This document shows positions 23,457 to 36,220 of a stretch of 64,000 bases of DNA, in pieces. How positions within the stretch are numbered: the stretch's first letter is position 1; each line of letters opens with the position of its first letter. Source of the stretch: Podarcis cretensis (lineage: Eukaryota). The notes under the pieces were generated by a model. The model had not been told where the DNA came from. It was given only the letters and a program-made list of their open reading frames with translations, and made no database searches. The DNA is taken from positions 33,914,001 through 33,978,000 of the forward strand of contig OX638156.1 in assembly GCA_951804945.1 (NCBI GenBank). The letters run 5' to 3'. Both the position numbers and the translations under genes were made by a program.

Positions 23457-25379
23457 GATTGATGGTGTTTCCCCTCCATTTGTACTGCTTTTCCTTTGCT
23501 ATGAAATGAATGGCCTTTGACTTGAAATGCTGTGGAATAACATACAGATAATGTAATTATGCAAATTCTGCCCTAGAAGACAGCAAGATGAAGCCAAATT
23601 GCAGCAGAACAGAAACAGCACTGCCCATGACGCAGATGGATGGAATGGAAATCAATGCCTTCCTGTATTACCACAGCTGAAAATTTCCTATCTCCTCACA
23701 TCGCCTTGAGGCATTGCAGTGGACTTGCACTCCATTCACACATTCAGCCATGAGTCGTCAAGGGATGATAAATTCGGTGGTTGATATACCTTTGTGGGCC
23801 AAGCCTCCCGTCCAGAGAATGCCCATGCTTTGTCTTAAAAAAATGGAAATCCATTCACACATTCAGCTGCCAGCCACTAAGGGCTGGTGATTGCATGCCA
23901 TTGGCAACTTCAGCATCAAAGGCTGGTTTATGTGAATGGGCCAGCACAGATTATAATACCACAGACAGCATTTATAGGCTGCCTCTCAGGCACCCCACTT
24001 GCCAATAGGATGAGTCCACACACTGGCTGTGCAGTCACCATGTAAGCCAATGAAGCAGAAGGGACACAAGAAGGTGCTTCATACAGAGTCAGGCCACTCA
24101 CCATCTCACTCAAGGCTGGGGAATCTCCTGCGCCCCCCAAGCCATTTCCAGTGGCCTGCCAGCCCCCTACCATGTTTCCTTTCAGTGCTAGAATAATAAA
24201 ATCATTGAAAAGCAACATCTGTGCAGTAGCCAGTGGCTGCTGAAGTGGGGGGGGGTGGAATCCCTTCCCCTCGCCTTCCCCGAGACCATTGAAGTGGAAG
24301 TCATTGGTGGCAGCGGCGAACTCCAAGTAGCAGCTGAGCTACTGCGCTCCAGTCTTCCCTGAGTGCTTGGTTATTGTCGTTGGTGCTCAGGAAACATCCG
24401 AGCAGATGGGGGTGCTGAGGTGGAAGTAGGCGGCCAAGCGCTCTGCTTTCTCCTAAGCGTGCTCAGCAATCACTACTGTCGCTTGAGAATCACTGGAGCG
24501 CTCAACTGCATGCTTTCCCCTGCGGAGAAGAGGAAGAGAGGCCTCCTCTCCTGGCTATCTCCTACCCCACAGCTGAAGAGAGAGCTGTGTGAGCAGGAGA
24601 GAGAGAGAGAGAAGGAGGTGACCACACCACCACTGACAAACAGTTAGCCAAGAGTGAACCCTCAATGAGAAACGGTCCACCACCCTGATCCAGCTCAACA
24701 TAGTCAACACTGAACCCAGGGGTCATCTACATGCAAAGCATGTGCCCTACAGCCCTTTCCCAAAGCAGATATTAAGATGGTATTTTGTTTTACTGCAGAG
24801 GAATTTCCCTTGTGTTGCTCAGCATCGTCTGCAACTCTGCATTGAACGCAAGTGGCTCTGCAGGACCTCAGAAGAGGGTCTTTCTTGGCCCTCCCAGGTG
24901 ATGGAACCTGAGACCTTCTGCATGCAGTTTGACCATTGAACTACAACCATTCTCTGCATGCCTGCTTCAAAAGAGTCCTAACAGGTACAAACATCCATAT
25001 CTGAATGGCTTTCACCATGAGATTTCTGTCTAGATCATGGTCAGAATCGGCAAGAGAAGATGTATCACACTCTCCCAATCCTGGTGCTTTCCATATGTTT
25101 TGGTCTACAGTTCTCATGGTGGCAGGGGCAGATGGAAGTTGTAGTCCAAAGCATCTGGAAAGCACCAAGTTGGTGAGGACAGACATGCCTGAAGCTTCTA
25201 GCTGGCTCTGAAGCAGGAGGCAGGAGCAAACTCATAACAAAAGGAACAAAACAAAAGCTGAAGGTGCAAAAGCAATTGGGAAAGTTAACTGCTTTCAATA
25301 CGGCAGTGGTTCTGTAAATTCTTTAAATTCAAAAAGTCAAAGAAAGCAGTCATTAATTGCTTCATCAAAGTCTGCAGCA

Positions 25380-25396
25380 CAGCGCCCCCTTGTGTC
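25380..25396 (-). promoter_or_regulatory. Possible CTCF motif (intronic)
   Basis: Minus strand GACACAAGGGGGCGCTG. Confidence 0.4.
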
Positions 25397-25437
25397 ACAC
25401 TGATGCAAGTGATGCTGCCTCACCTTACCAATTAAGT

Positions 25438-25440
<3 letters not shown>

Positions 25441-25472
<32 letters not shown>
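25441..25472. repeat. (TG)n microsatellite
   Basis: Direct reading. Confidence 0.95.
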
Positions 25473-25475
<3 letters not shown>

Positions 25476-25632
25476 CGTCACCTGCCCTCACAAATTCTAG
25501 CAGTAAAATACTTCTTCTTGGTACAGGTGGACCCACAGAAGTAGCTGACTCCCCATTGCATTCTCAGGGTGGGCACTGCAAAACAAAGGTACTTTGCTCC
25601 TGCTTGAAAGGGTAGATACAAGCCAGATGTTA

Positions 25633-25993
25633 AAGGTAAAGGTAAAGGTACCCCTGCCCGTTCGGGCCAGTCTTGCCAGACTCTAGGATTGGGCACTCAT
25701 CTCACTCTATAGGCCGGGAGCCAGCGCTGTCCGCAGACACTTCCGGGTCACATGGCCAGCGTGACAAGCTGCATCTGGCGAGCCAGCGCAGCACACGGAA
25801 CGCCATTTACCTTCCCGCTAGTAAGCGGTCCCTATTTATCTACTTGCACCTGGAGGTGCTTTCGAACTGCTAGGTTGGCAGGCGCTGGGACCGAACGACG
25901 GGAGCGCATCCCGCCATGGGGATTCGAACCGCCGACCATGCGATCGGCAAGTCCTAGGCGCTGAGGTTTTACCCACAGCGCCACCCACATCCC
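25633..25993 (-). mobile_element. Sauria SINE, full length
   Basis: Closely similar to the 4298 copy; (ACCTTT)n tail; 13-bp TSD aagccagatgtta at 25620-25632 and 25997-26009. Confidence 0.92.
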
Positions 25994-27168
25994 AATAAGC
26001 CAGATGTTAGGGCTGCCCAGACCCCTTCAGGTGAATTGTGTTTGATTTGCAAAAACTGTTTTACTCTTCCACTGAAATTCCTCAAATGTGACATCCAAGA
26101 AGGCAAGGCAAGTTTCTCCTAAACTGGCAAAATTCAGTGGGCAAGTGAGAGAAAGTCCGTTTGGTTCCCCTTTTAATGAAAGTTGGCTTAAAATGCAGCT
26201 ACCCTCTGAAATTCTCCAGATCTTTCAAAGAGAGAATATTGCAAAAAGTGTGCATTTTAGGCAATATTGCATACAAAAATTAGAAGAAAAGTGGTCTAAA
26301 GTGCTGACAACTTGTTTGAAGATTATGTGAGGAACTGAACCGAAGACTGGAAAAACAAGAAAATGAAGGAAAATGAAATTGACAGATCCATCCGTTCTTA
26401 ATCCAGGCACGTGCAAAAACACTGGAGAAATTGAGCTAGTCTCATCAAAACCTGTCTATGAACCTGGCTCTATGAAAAATTACAGAATTAGATGAGCTTT
26501 ACTTCCTTCAAAACCCATAAGTGGCTGAGAGAGCAGCAGGGCTGGGGGAGAGGGGATTTCTTTGTTAGCACTTCATCATAAGCAGGGCAGGGACTTTTAA
26601 ACTATGCTCAGTCATAACTAGCTAATAATTATCTTGAACAGAGAAAATCATCTTGCTACAGATCTGCAGAGCTCTGCTGGTGCCTGATGGTTCCCACCTT
26701 CCCAGTGCCCACTAGGACTCCTCCTCCCCAGAGTCTTTCCCATACAATCAAATTAGTAAGAGTGCGGAGAATGAAGGTCATGATTATCCACTGATGTGGC
26801 TTTCAGCCCCCACCTATGCCACGTATGAAAAAACAACCACAGGAAAAAGCACCTTCAGGAACCAAAACTAGAAGATGAGGGCCGGAAGTCGTGGCCACCC
26901 ATGGGTGGCTTTCAACAACCGCCTTTCAAGTTTGCACCTCAAAGAAGCTTCCTGGCCAGCCAACATAAACAGAATCTGCCCTTTGATCAGTGAGTCAAAC
27001 ATCAATCCTTCCCTTTGAGGGGCTTCAATATTTTAAGGCAAATGTTCAAAGGGGCCTGATTCCCTTTTTTAAACCCAGCAAACTGATATTCCTGCATCCT
27101 TGAAGGCAAAATGATATTCCTGCAACCTTCCGCCTCACTCAAGTAAGCTCAAAAGCACGATGCTAGTA

Positions 27169-27424
27169 CAGTGGTACCTCGGCTTACATACTTCAGGTTA
27201 CATACGCTTCAGGTTACATACGCTTCAGGTTACAGACTCCACTAACCCAGAAATAGTGCTTCAGGTTAAGAACTTTGCTTCAGGATGAGAACAGAAATCG
27301 TGCTCTGGTGGTGTGGCGGCAGCAGGAGCCCCCATTAGCTAAAGTGGTGCTTCAGGTTAAGAACAGTTTCAGGTTAAGTACGGACCTCCGGAACGAATTA
27401 AGTACTTAACCCGAGGTACCACTG
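27169..27424 (+). mobile_element. Tc1/mariner-type MITE, full length
   Basis: TA|cagtggtacctcgg...ccgaggtaccactg|TA. Confidence 0.9.
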
Positions 27425-29021
27425 TAATTAGGTGAGGTGGGGAGGAGGCCATAAAGAGTTCACCTGTCACCGTTTCCAAAACAGCCAGAAAAGCCTGTGC
27501 CATCACTGGGGGAGAAATTCGGTTTGGATCACATTTTAAAGCAAAACCGTCTGAAACATAACAGAAACACAGCAATCCTTTGAAATCTGCCCTTCTCAGA
27601 ATTTTTCCATTTTGAGGGCTGTGCTGCCTCTTCTCTGCTGCTCCTGCCCCCTCCCCTTCCTCCCAGGGTGACGATGGCTGCCTCTGAGAGACGTCCTGCC
27701 TGATGGAGGACACGGCCAAAGTACAAGCTCATAAACAGGCAGTACAAGCCATGCTTTTTACTGGTTCTATCTTTACGAGGAGACGCCGTGAACTGTAACG
27801 AGATAATATTCTGTTCTTGGTCACCCTGTTAAGAAATTATCATGGTCGTCCACTTGAGAAACTCGCCCCAGGCGCCCACTGGGATGATCAGCACAAAAGC
27901 ACAAGTCGGGGGAGGGGAGCAGAGGGGGAATAAAGGAGGAAGGGTTGCCTGAAATGTTTCCAAATGATTAAAAAGCCACTTTGCAAAAGGAGCTTCTGCT
28001 GAGCGAAAGGCAGGGCAAGAGTAATTCCCATAAGCAGCTGCACAAGAATTTCCTGCATCCCAAAGTTAGACCTGGAAAAGGCTGTGCCTTTCTGCGCACC
28101 TGAGTCAAATGCTCACTGATGCTCCAGGGGCATGCCTCCTTGGAGAGCGTAAGGAATCATCGAATCAAAGACACAGAAACAGAGAGTTGGAAGGAATCTC
28201 AAGGGTCATCTAGTCCAGCCCCCTGCAACGCAGGAATCTCGGCTAAAGAATCCCTGACAAATGGACATCCAACTTCTGTTTTTTAAAAAAAGGTATTCAA
28301 TCCCACTGTCAGAAAGTTCTTCCTAATGTTTAACTGGAGACAAACAGCTGGGGCAAATGCTGAGAAGGTCCCATATTGAGACTGCAAGACCCATCACCCT
28401 CAGCAGGGAAGCAGCATCAAGCTTTGCCTCTCAATGCCTGTTATTTGTTTCCTTCACCTCTCCAAGGTTAAGGTAACTGGGTCACCTCAAATCTGCTCAG
28501 TCACAAGCATTCAACCATTTCTGCAAACACGTGTGTCTAGTCCTCAGGGTTGCAGGGGAGAGTTTGAAAACCTGCAACAGTACTTTGGCGAAAATCCAGA
28601 AGCCAGTGGGTGGCTAGTAATAAAAATAATAATAACCACCAAATGAGTAAGAGGCTGAGGTTCCCTGAGATATAGATATTTCCTACCCTACTACACCCTG
28701 ATGCTACTGGGCCCTCCTTGTATTCAGACATTCAATATTTTGCCTTCGGATCAGGAAAAGCTTTTACCACTCAGTTCTTCTGAATACGTAGACTACATTT
28801 AGGGCAGCAGAGCAAAGCGGTAAAGAAGACTGGATTGTTTTGGAACACAGGTGCAAAATGCAATTTTTGAAGACTCATGTTTACAGAGAACACAAGTATT
28901 GGTTGTACAGATGGATTTAATGTACTTTTAGTCTTTTAAATTTGGTGTTCGGGTTTTGGTTTTTTTTGTATGCCTTTTTGGTTCACCACCCCAATATTTT
29001 TGCATGGAAAAAGAAGGAAGG

Positions 29022-29103
29022 AAAAGAAAAGAAAAGAAAAAAGAAAAGAAAAGAAAAGAAAAGAAAAGAAAAGAAAAGAAAAGAAAAGAAAAGAAAAGAA
29101 AAG
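29022..29103. repeat. (AAAAG)n microsatellite
   Basis: Direct reading; source of the KEKKR-type ORFs. Confidence 0.95.
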
Positions 29104-30463
29104 ACACCAGGGGAAAGATGCTATCCTACCTTATCCCTTGCTAAACCGTTCTTTTTCTACTAGTAGTGATTTAAAAGAAAACTGCTGGGGTGCCTTTAAA
29201 CATATGATTCCCCACCTGCAGTCTGAAGTGGTACAGTCCATTCTATCCGCCACAGGCCTCTACCACCTCATCCCTTTGCATGCATGAACCCGGCCTAAGC
29301 TGCCAAGCAAAGTGTTTTACATGGGCTTTTAATCGCTTAACGGCTGGTTAAGATGCTGTAAGCCGTTTAATGTGCTCTGAGCTTCCCCCGTTGTGAAGTT
29401 ACCCCAAAGGGAAGATGCAGCAAAGAGGGGATCAGAAGCAGGAGGATTTGCTCATCTGCTTACCCCGCAAGAACCCAGGCAAGTAAAGAAGCAGATGTTC
29501 TGCATTGCCAGCCATCTTTGTAAAAACGTTTACGCCAGGAAGAACTGGAAAAGGTAGTGGGAACAGAAGCAGGCATCTGACCACCATGGGCTTCAAAAGC
29601 CTCAATTTCACTTAAAAGACTAAAAAGATCCCAACACTTTTCAGGATTGGTGAGGAAACAAAAGTCATGTCACTTCAACAACGCAGCCCCTTGCACCCCA
29701 GAGCCTTGCTTATTAATCCAGATTTATGCATATCCATTCACTTACATTCAGCTGCTCTTGGTAGTGCAGATCAGCTTCATTCCATTCCGTGTCAGTTTAG
29801 CACATGCTCAGACACAGATGTAGTCCATCTTGTTTCCAATGAACAACCCCCAATATCTAATTTTCCACATGCTCTTCCTCTAAAATATGCAGGTTTTTTA
29901 GACATATTCCCTAAAATATGCATTTTTGTAGAAATATTCCCCAGAAATTGCACATTGGTACATATGCTTGAATGGAGATTCCTGCATTGCAGGGGGTTGA
30001 ACTAGATGACCCCAGGTTCCCTTCCAACTCTACAATTCTATACATGTTTTCCTACCAAACCTGCACCACAGATTTTGGAGAAATATGTTCCAATCTGCAT
30101 GTAAGCCAGCCAATGAGGTCAGAGTGCTTTAAGGCAAAGGCGGAGAACCGCTGGCACTCCAGATGTTAGGGAGCTGCTTTGTGATGAATCAGACCATTGT
30201 TCCATCCAGCTCAGTATTGTCTACACAGACTGACAGCAGCTCTCCAGGGTTTCAGGGAGAAATCTTTAACAACTCTACCTGGAGATGCCGCCTTCTGCAT
30301 GCAAGGCAGTTGCTCTACCACTGAGCTACGACCCTTCCTCTTGGAACTCCAATTCCCATTAGCCACAGTCAACACGGCCAATAATGATTAGGGATGATGT
30401 GAGCTGAAGCCCAACAACACCATCTGGGATGGCGCTGCTAGTCCCCCCCCCCACTCTAAAATA

Positions 30464-30705
30464 CAGTGGTACCTCGGGTTAAGAACTTAATTCGTTCTGG
30501 AGGTCTGTTCTTAACCTGAAACTGTTCTTAACCTGAGGTACCACTTTAGCTAATGGGGCCTCCCGCTGCCACCGCACCACCAGAGCATGATTTCTGTTCT
30601 TGTCCTGAAGCAAAGTTCTTAACCTGAAGCACTATTTCTGGGTTAGTGGAGTCTGTAACCTGAATCATCTGTAACCTAAAGCATCTGTAACTTGAGGTAC
30701 CACTG
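30464..30705 (-). mobile_element. Tc1/mariner-type MITE, opposite orientation
   Basis: TA|cagtggtacctcggg...gaggtaccactg|TA; the interior is the reverse complement of the 27169 copy. Confidence 0.9.
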
Positions 30706-32899
30706 TACAAACTGACAAAACTCTTCCTCCCTCCCTAGTAGCACCAGACAGTTGCATCACAAGCAGCAGGAGAACTGAGCACCGGGAGGCAGTGATGCCC
30801 CCTCGCTGCCTTTTCCGCAGCCCCAATCCAGTCATTTACCAGGCAGAGGGGAGCCTGTGAGGTCTTTTTCCGCAGCCAAGAGAGGCCGGCGCAGTTATAA
30901 GACAATTAGCCTTTGTTTAGAATGTTCATTATCTCACTCAGCAGCAGCCGGCAAGGGGGTGTGTGAGAATAAGGGAGTGCTCTGCTGCAGAAAAGCTGGC
31001 CCACTGCAATCCAGCTTCCCCATCTCATAATCCCAAAGCCAAGCTGCAGATGCCTCCCCAGTTGGGTGGCGGAACCCAGGATTCCTCTGCACAGCCTCCA
31101 GGAAAGAGTTATTGGCAGGCCTATCCCACCGACCAGACATTTTTCATCGTGCCAAAAGGCATATTGTTCAATAAAATATTAACTTAGTTCAGGTGCTATC
31201 ATCCTGGCTGTGCTGGCTTGAGAGCACTAGGTTGGCAATGGGGAATAGCGTGGTGTAGTGGCCTGAAGCAGAGGAAAGGAACCTGCTGCTCTGCAAATGG
31301 AGCTGGATTCTATCTCCCACCATCCATGATCATTGGCCAGGCTGGCTGAGACTGATGGGAGATGAACTCCATCAACCTCTTAGAGTATTGGACTCAGATC
31401 AGGAAAGCACAGCTCAGTTCTCCATACAGCTATAAAATTCATTAGGCGAGCCTGGGCCAGTCACCATCTGTCAGTCTAACCCACCTCACAAGGCAATTGT
31501 GGTGATAAAAATGGTAGAAGAGAACCGTATTTTCTGCCATGAGTTCCTTGGAGGAGGAGGAGGATCAAAAATAATACAGCAATGTTAACAGATGCAGCTT
31601 TTAAAAAGAAGGCTCGGAGGAATTAATGAAAGATGGGTCAAGTCAAAGGCTTTTAACCATAGCAGCTGAACTGAGCCTCCACTTAGGGAGGCAGACTACA
31701 AAATGATTAGATGCTGGGAATAAATGGTGGGGTAGCCACCACCTCTTTGTGAGCTTCCAAGGGACTCTTGCTGACCAGCACTAGAAAGCATGTTTTGGCA
31801 TTATCCAGTTGTTGATGTTTTTAAGGTATTTTTGAAGCTGTTGAATTGGGATGGATCAGCCATCCGGCAAGTTCTGCATTGGCTGAAGATGATGGGAGTT
31901 GTTGTCCAAAAAATTTGGAAAGCACCAGGTTGGTGAAGGCTGCTTTAGGGTGTGTTGGGTGCTTAGCTGGGTTCTGCAACGTGCTGTACTGCTGTTGCCT
32001 CCTTCAAGGCAATGTGTTTTTCAAATGTGGGGCTCTCTCCTTGGGGCCCTCTCATGGTCCCCTGAGGAGTCTGTGGATCAGACGTTGGCATTTAGCAGCA
32101 GAGATGCCTTCTCAGGTGAGGCTCCTGTGCCCACAGACCTGCACAGGATGGACCAAGAAGTAGATCCAGCTTATCCTTGGAGTTGCAGCTGCCAGAGGAC
32201 TCTGGCTTCATGGAGTCCTGGTCTGGGGCCACAACACAACTGCTGTTGCTGGATTCCCCTCTGTGGGTGATGTTTTCAGGAAAGGAATGTATGTTTTGCA
32301 GAGGAAAAAAAAGGAGAGTCCCATGTTTTGGCTTTGTGGAAAGGGGCATCCCCACAATTTTTACCTTGAAAGCAGAATTTAAGCTCCGTAATGCCAGAGA
32401 ACGGCTCCTCCTCTGCTCTTCCATCAGAAGACAGATTTCTTCAAAAGGGTATAGATGTTTTCCTGATAACATCATAGTAGCAACAGGAAGATAGGGCAAT
32501 TCCTCAAAGACCTGATTATAATTCAGAGAGACTTCACAGAATTTCAATTAAGGGCAGAAAAGAAAGAAAAGAGAAAAGAAAAGCCAGACAAAGCTTCTCG
32601 TTCCCCAAAGCTAGAAGTGACTGAATGACTTCTGTGAGGGTGTCTCACAGAAGAAAGGAAGGAGCAGCATCAGCTTGGAGGGCAGAGGATAAGAGAGGCA
32701 GGCAGAGATTCTGCAGTGCTACGTCAATCTCACCCACACACATTGCGGGGTAAAATGCAAGACCCACATGAATTACAGTTCTGTGCCATCTTCTAAGAAT
32801 GGCCATGGTAAAGACCAGCCTGTCACCATTTTGAGTAATCCATAGGGCCACACAGACCCAAGTTCAGTCATTTGTGGCCAGGGAGTTGGGACAAAGCGT

Positions 32900-33620
32900 T
32901 CACAAAGCTTTTGATTCCTGGTCACCTGGGAGACAAAATGTATTTATCATGGGAGACCAAGCAAGGAGCTATCTAGAAGCCAGGTCTGTCTATATCAGGC
33001 ACGAGGAAGCTGCACTCCTGACTTCTGTGGGATCAGCAAGGAATTGTCGTACCTCCTGAGCAGCAACAAGACCTATCAGCAACTAAGCCTGGTCACTGCT
33101 GTCAAATTCAGCTGTATCCAAACCATGGTCTACAATGTTCACCAGGAAGTTTTTAAGACCCCTGGACCTCTTGACTACGGCTGCAGTCAAAAGTGCATAG
33201 CAAAAGACTCAAAATCCTCCTTTCATTCCCTGTGAAGATGCACTAAATTTACAAGACACGCTGGATCACACTGGAGGAGGCATTATACCTGGATGGCCAG
33301 CTGGCAACTCCATCCAGGAGTGTTTTTTTGGCCAGCTGAAGCTGTTGAGCTAGCTGCACTCATCCATCTTGACCATAGGAACACAAGCCTCCACAGTTAC
33401 ATCCAGGGTGGATGACTGAAACACATTCTCCATGGAAAATCCTCAAAAAGCATCAGCTGTTCCAGTATGCAGATGCAAGGATGTTGGTGATCGCACATGT
33501 GTTGCACTAATTCTGCAACAGCTGCCTTGGTGGTTATCCATCTGTTTCAGTGCACAGTTCAAAGTGTTGTTGAGTACCTTTAAAGCTGTACATGGCTTAG
33601 ATGTAGTATACCTTAAGGCA
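32900..33620 (+). mobile_element. Degraded L2 LINE reverse-transcriptase fragment
   Basis: KAFD-like motif near 32905, decayed TSR.DY and QL.Q.A.AR.L motifs at 33400-33490, and WLSICFSAQFKVLLSTFKAVHGL (L2 LHWLP...FKVL...KALHG motif). Confidence 0.7.
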
Positions 33621-34171
33621 AGGGCACTAAACCTTGAGCTTGGTGGCTCCACTGTGACCCCACCAATTTCAGTGACCATAGGGGGAAATGAAGTAATTGG
33701 GAAGAGTGCAGTGCACTAATTGATGGACCTGCCATCCACTCTCTCCCTGGTCATCAGACTGACTGTTTGATGAAAAGAGAAGGGACAATAACTCCTCCTC
33801 CTCCTCCTCAGTTGATCTGCACTTCTTCCTTACATCTTTGGATGTCCCTTTGGGGCTGTTGCTATTAAAGTGCAACTGCTCTAGATTCTGAAGTGAGTCT
33901 TCCCACCAAGGGAACCTGCACAACTTAAAGAGTAATTGGAAGGCACCTGTATGCCCTGGTGGTTAGCAGACTAGAAGCAGGATGTGTTTCCTTTTTTAAG
34001 ATGATGTGGCCTTACATGTTCTTTCATTTTTCAGGCTTTGGACTCATTTTTCAGGCCATCCTTAATAGTTTTGCCTCTCTTCTTCCCACAGATGTGAAGA
34101 AGAGATGTCCTCACCACCACATTCACTCCTTGTGTTTGGGAAATCTCCATTTTTGCTTTTCATGCTTCAGA

Positions 34172-34173
<2 letters not shown>

Positions 34174-34204
<31 letters not shown>
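34174..34204. repeat. (CT)n microsatellite
   Basis: Direct reading. Confidence 0.9.
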
Positions 34205-34206
<2 letters not shown>

Positions 34207-35006
34207 ATGCCAAAGCAGCCTAACTGACAGTTAGAAGGGGCCCTTGGCCAACCTCTGTCTGCTCTCGTTGGGGCTAATTGTTGTTAGCAAATGATCCTCC
34301 TTTGGGGTTTTACTAGACCTCTGGGGCCATTTCTAGCCAAAGTATGCAAGAGCTATTGGAGGCAGGGGAGGCATGAGCACAGCGAGATTTTGGTCTAATT
34401 TGGCAGTATGCCAGCCCCCTGTTTGCTTGCAAAACTTGAACCTTAGCAAAATAGTATCTGCTTCAAACACAGAGGTATGAAAATTGCAAATTCTGGGCAA
34501 ATTTCTCCATTTGAAGTTTGGAAGCCAGCTCAAGCCCCAAGAAAGGAGCCAAGAAAGTTGTAGAGCACACTAATACCTCCCTCAAGCAGTGAGACATCAC
34601 AATGAAATTTGGAACTCATAATCCTGTTTTGCATTCAGACATCAGCTTGACACTTGCACCCAATTTCAAAAAAAAAATATGGATTCTCATGACACTGTAA
34701 GCCAAACTATGGCTCACTGAAACAGGTCGTGCCTTCAGAGAGGAGCTGCAGCTGCTGTGCTCCTCTCTGGTCCCTTCTGCTCCCTGGCCACACTGAGCTA
34801 AGCCACACTTTGGCTTAGCAGGTCATCTGAATCCAGGCTTAGGGCTGAGCTCTTCCCTTCTTAACCAAGCCAAGGAGGTCTGGGGAGGAGCAAAGTGGCT
34901 GGGATCTCCTCTTTGAGAGCCCCAGTGCTTGCCTGGTAAATGGCAGGCCCCAGACTGAAGAATGGTTTCACAGGAGGCTGCACAAGGGAGACAATCCCAG
35001 CAAACT

Positions 35007-35390
35007 TGGAAGCCAGCTCAAGCCCCAAGAAAGGAGCCAAGAAGATTGGAAGACATTTAAAGTATATCTTAAGAACTGTTGTAAAATTGATGAGTGCTAA
35101 AATGTCAAAGGAAAGGAAAAGATAGAATTATAGCTGTATTTGGTTGATGAATTAGAAGAAAAAATTGAAAAAGAAAATAAGTTATTATTTAATTGGAACG
35201 AAGGGTTGTTGAAAAAATTTAAAATAAGGATGCAGAGAGGGGGAGGTAAGGGGAAGTCCGAGAAAGAAGGTTTATGAAAAGAGGATCTGAAATTATACTT
35301 GTTTATATGTTTTTGTATGTCTATGTGTGTATGTTATTTTGTTTTAAATCTATGTTGGAAAATTAATAAAAATTATATTAAAAAAAAAAA
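35007..35390 (+). mobile_element. 5'-truncated L1-type LINE with poly(A) tail and templated 5' patch
   Basis: 18-bp TSD agacaatcccagcaaact (34989-35006 and 35391-35408), EDWKTFKVYL ORF2-end-like motif, aataaa + A run at the 3' end. Confidence 0.8.
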
Positions 35391-35975
35391 AGACAATCCC
35401 AGCAAACTGGCTTTCGTGTGGCATGCAATGAAAGCTCTCCAGAGTACAGCCCACTGTTGAGGGAGGTTGGTGGGGGAAGGAGAGGGGTTTGCCCAGAAGT
35501 GCCTACAGAACATCCCACTGGGCCGGGAGCCAGGGGAAGGCTCCTTTTCTCCCTTCCTGGCCCGCTGCCACTCTCCATTCCAAGGAGCCTGAATGCATCT
35601 TTGGCACAATTCACCAAGCTGATGTCGTTAACAGCGATGCTTTTTGCCAATCGCTGGATCAGAGTCGCTATCACTGGCAGCCAGGCGGCCCTTTTTGGGA
35701 ATTTATTTTACCTTAACTGTCATTAAAAAAAATTTTTTCAAAGGTCTTCCAAATGCGAGTTTGAGTTTAAAAGCTGCTCCAAGATTAAGGATTATTCCCT
35801 GCCAGAGAACACTCTGTGCCTGCCTTATAGCCTTGAGTGATTTACAGGACTGCCCATGCCTGGTGGGGGGGGAGGGGGGAGAGGGGGAGAGAGAGAGAGA
35901 GGGAGAGAGTGGTGAGATCAGGGAGAGCACTGGGACTAGAGTTGGGGGCAACAGCAGCAACAGAAACATTGAACA

Positions 35976-36177
35976 TCGGTAGTGGCGCCCTCCCTGTGGA
36001 ATGCCCTCCCACCAGATGTCAAAGAGAACAACAACTACCAGACTTTTAGAAGACATCTGAAGGCAGCCCTGTTTAGGGAAGCTTTTAATGTTTGATGTAT
36101 TACAGTATTTTAATATTTTTTTGGAAGCTGCCCAGAATGGCTGGGGAAGCCCAGACAGATGGACAGTGTATAAATAA

Positions 36178-36219
<42 letters not shown>

Positions 36220-36220
36220 T
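35976..36220 (+). mobile_element. L2 LINE 3' end with (TTA)n tail
   Basis: SVVAPSLWNALPPDVKENNNYQTFRRHLKAALFREAF* then 3' UTR and (tta)n. Related minus-strand tail fragments at ~13240-13320 and ~53630-53730. Confidence 0.8.

Noticed and set aside
28942-29287. Lys/Arg/Glu-rich ORFs
   Set aside because: Translation of the (AAAAG)n microsatellite.
33380-33433. Minus-strand MEN... start resembling the human BAI2 MENTGWM exon
   Set aside because: It lies inside a plus-strand L2 RT remnant, and the similarity is only three residues.
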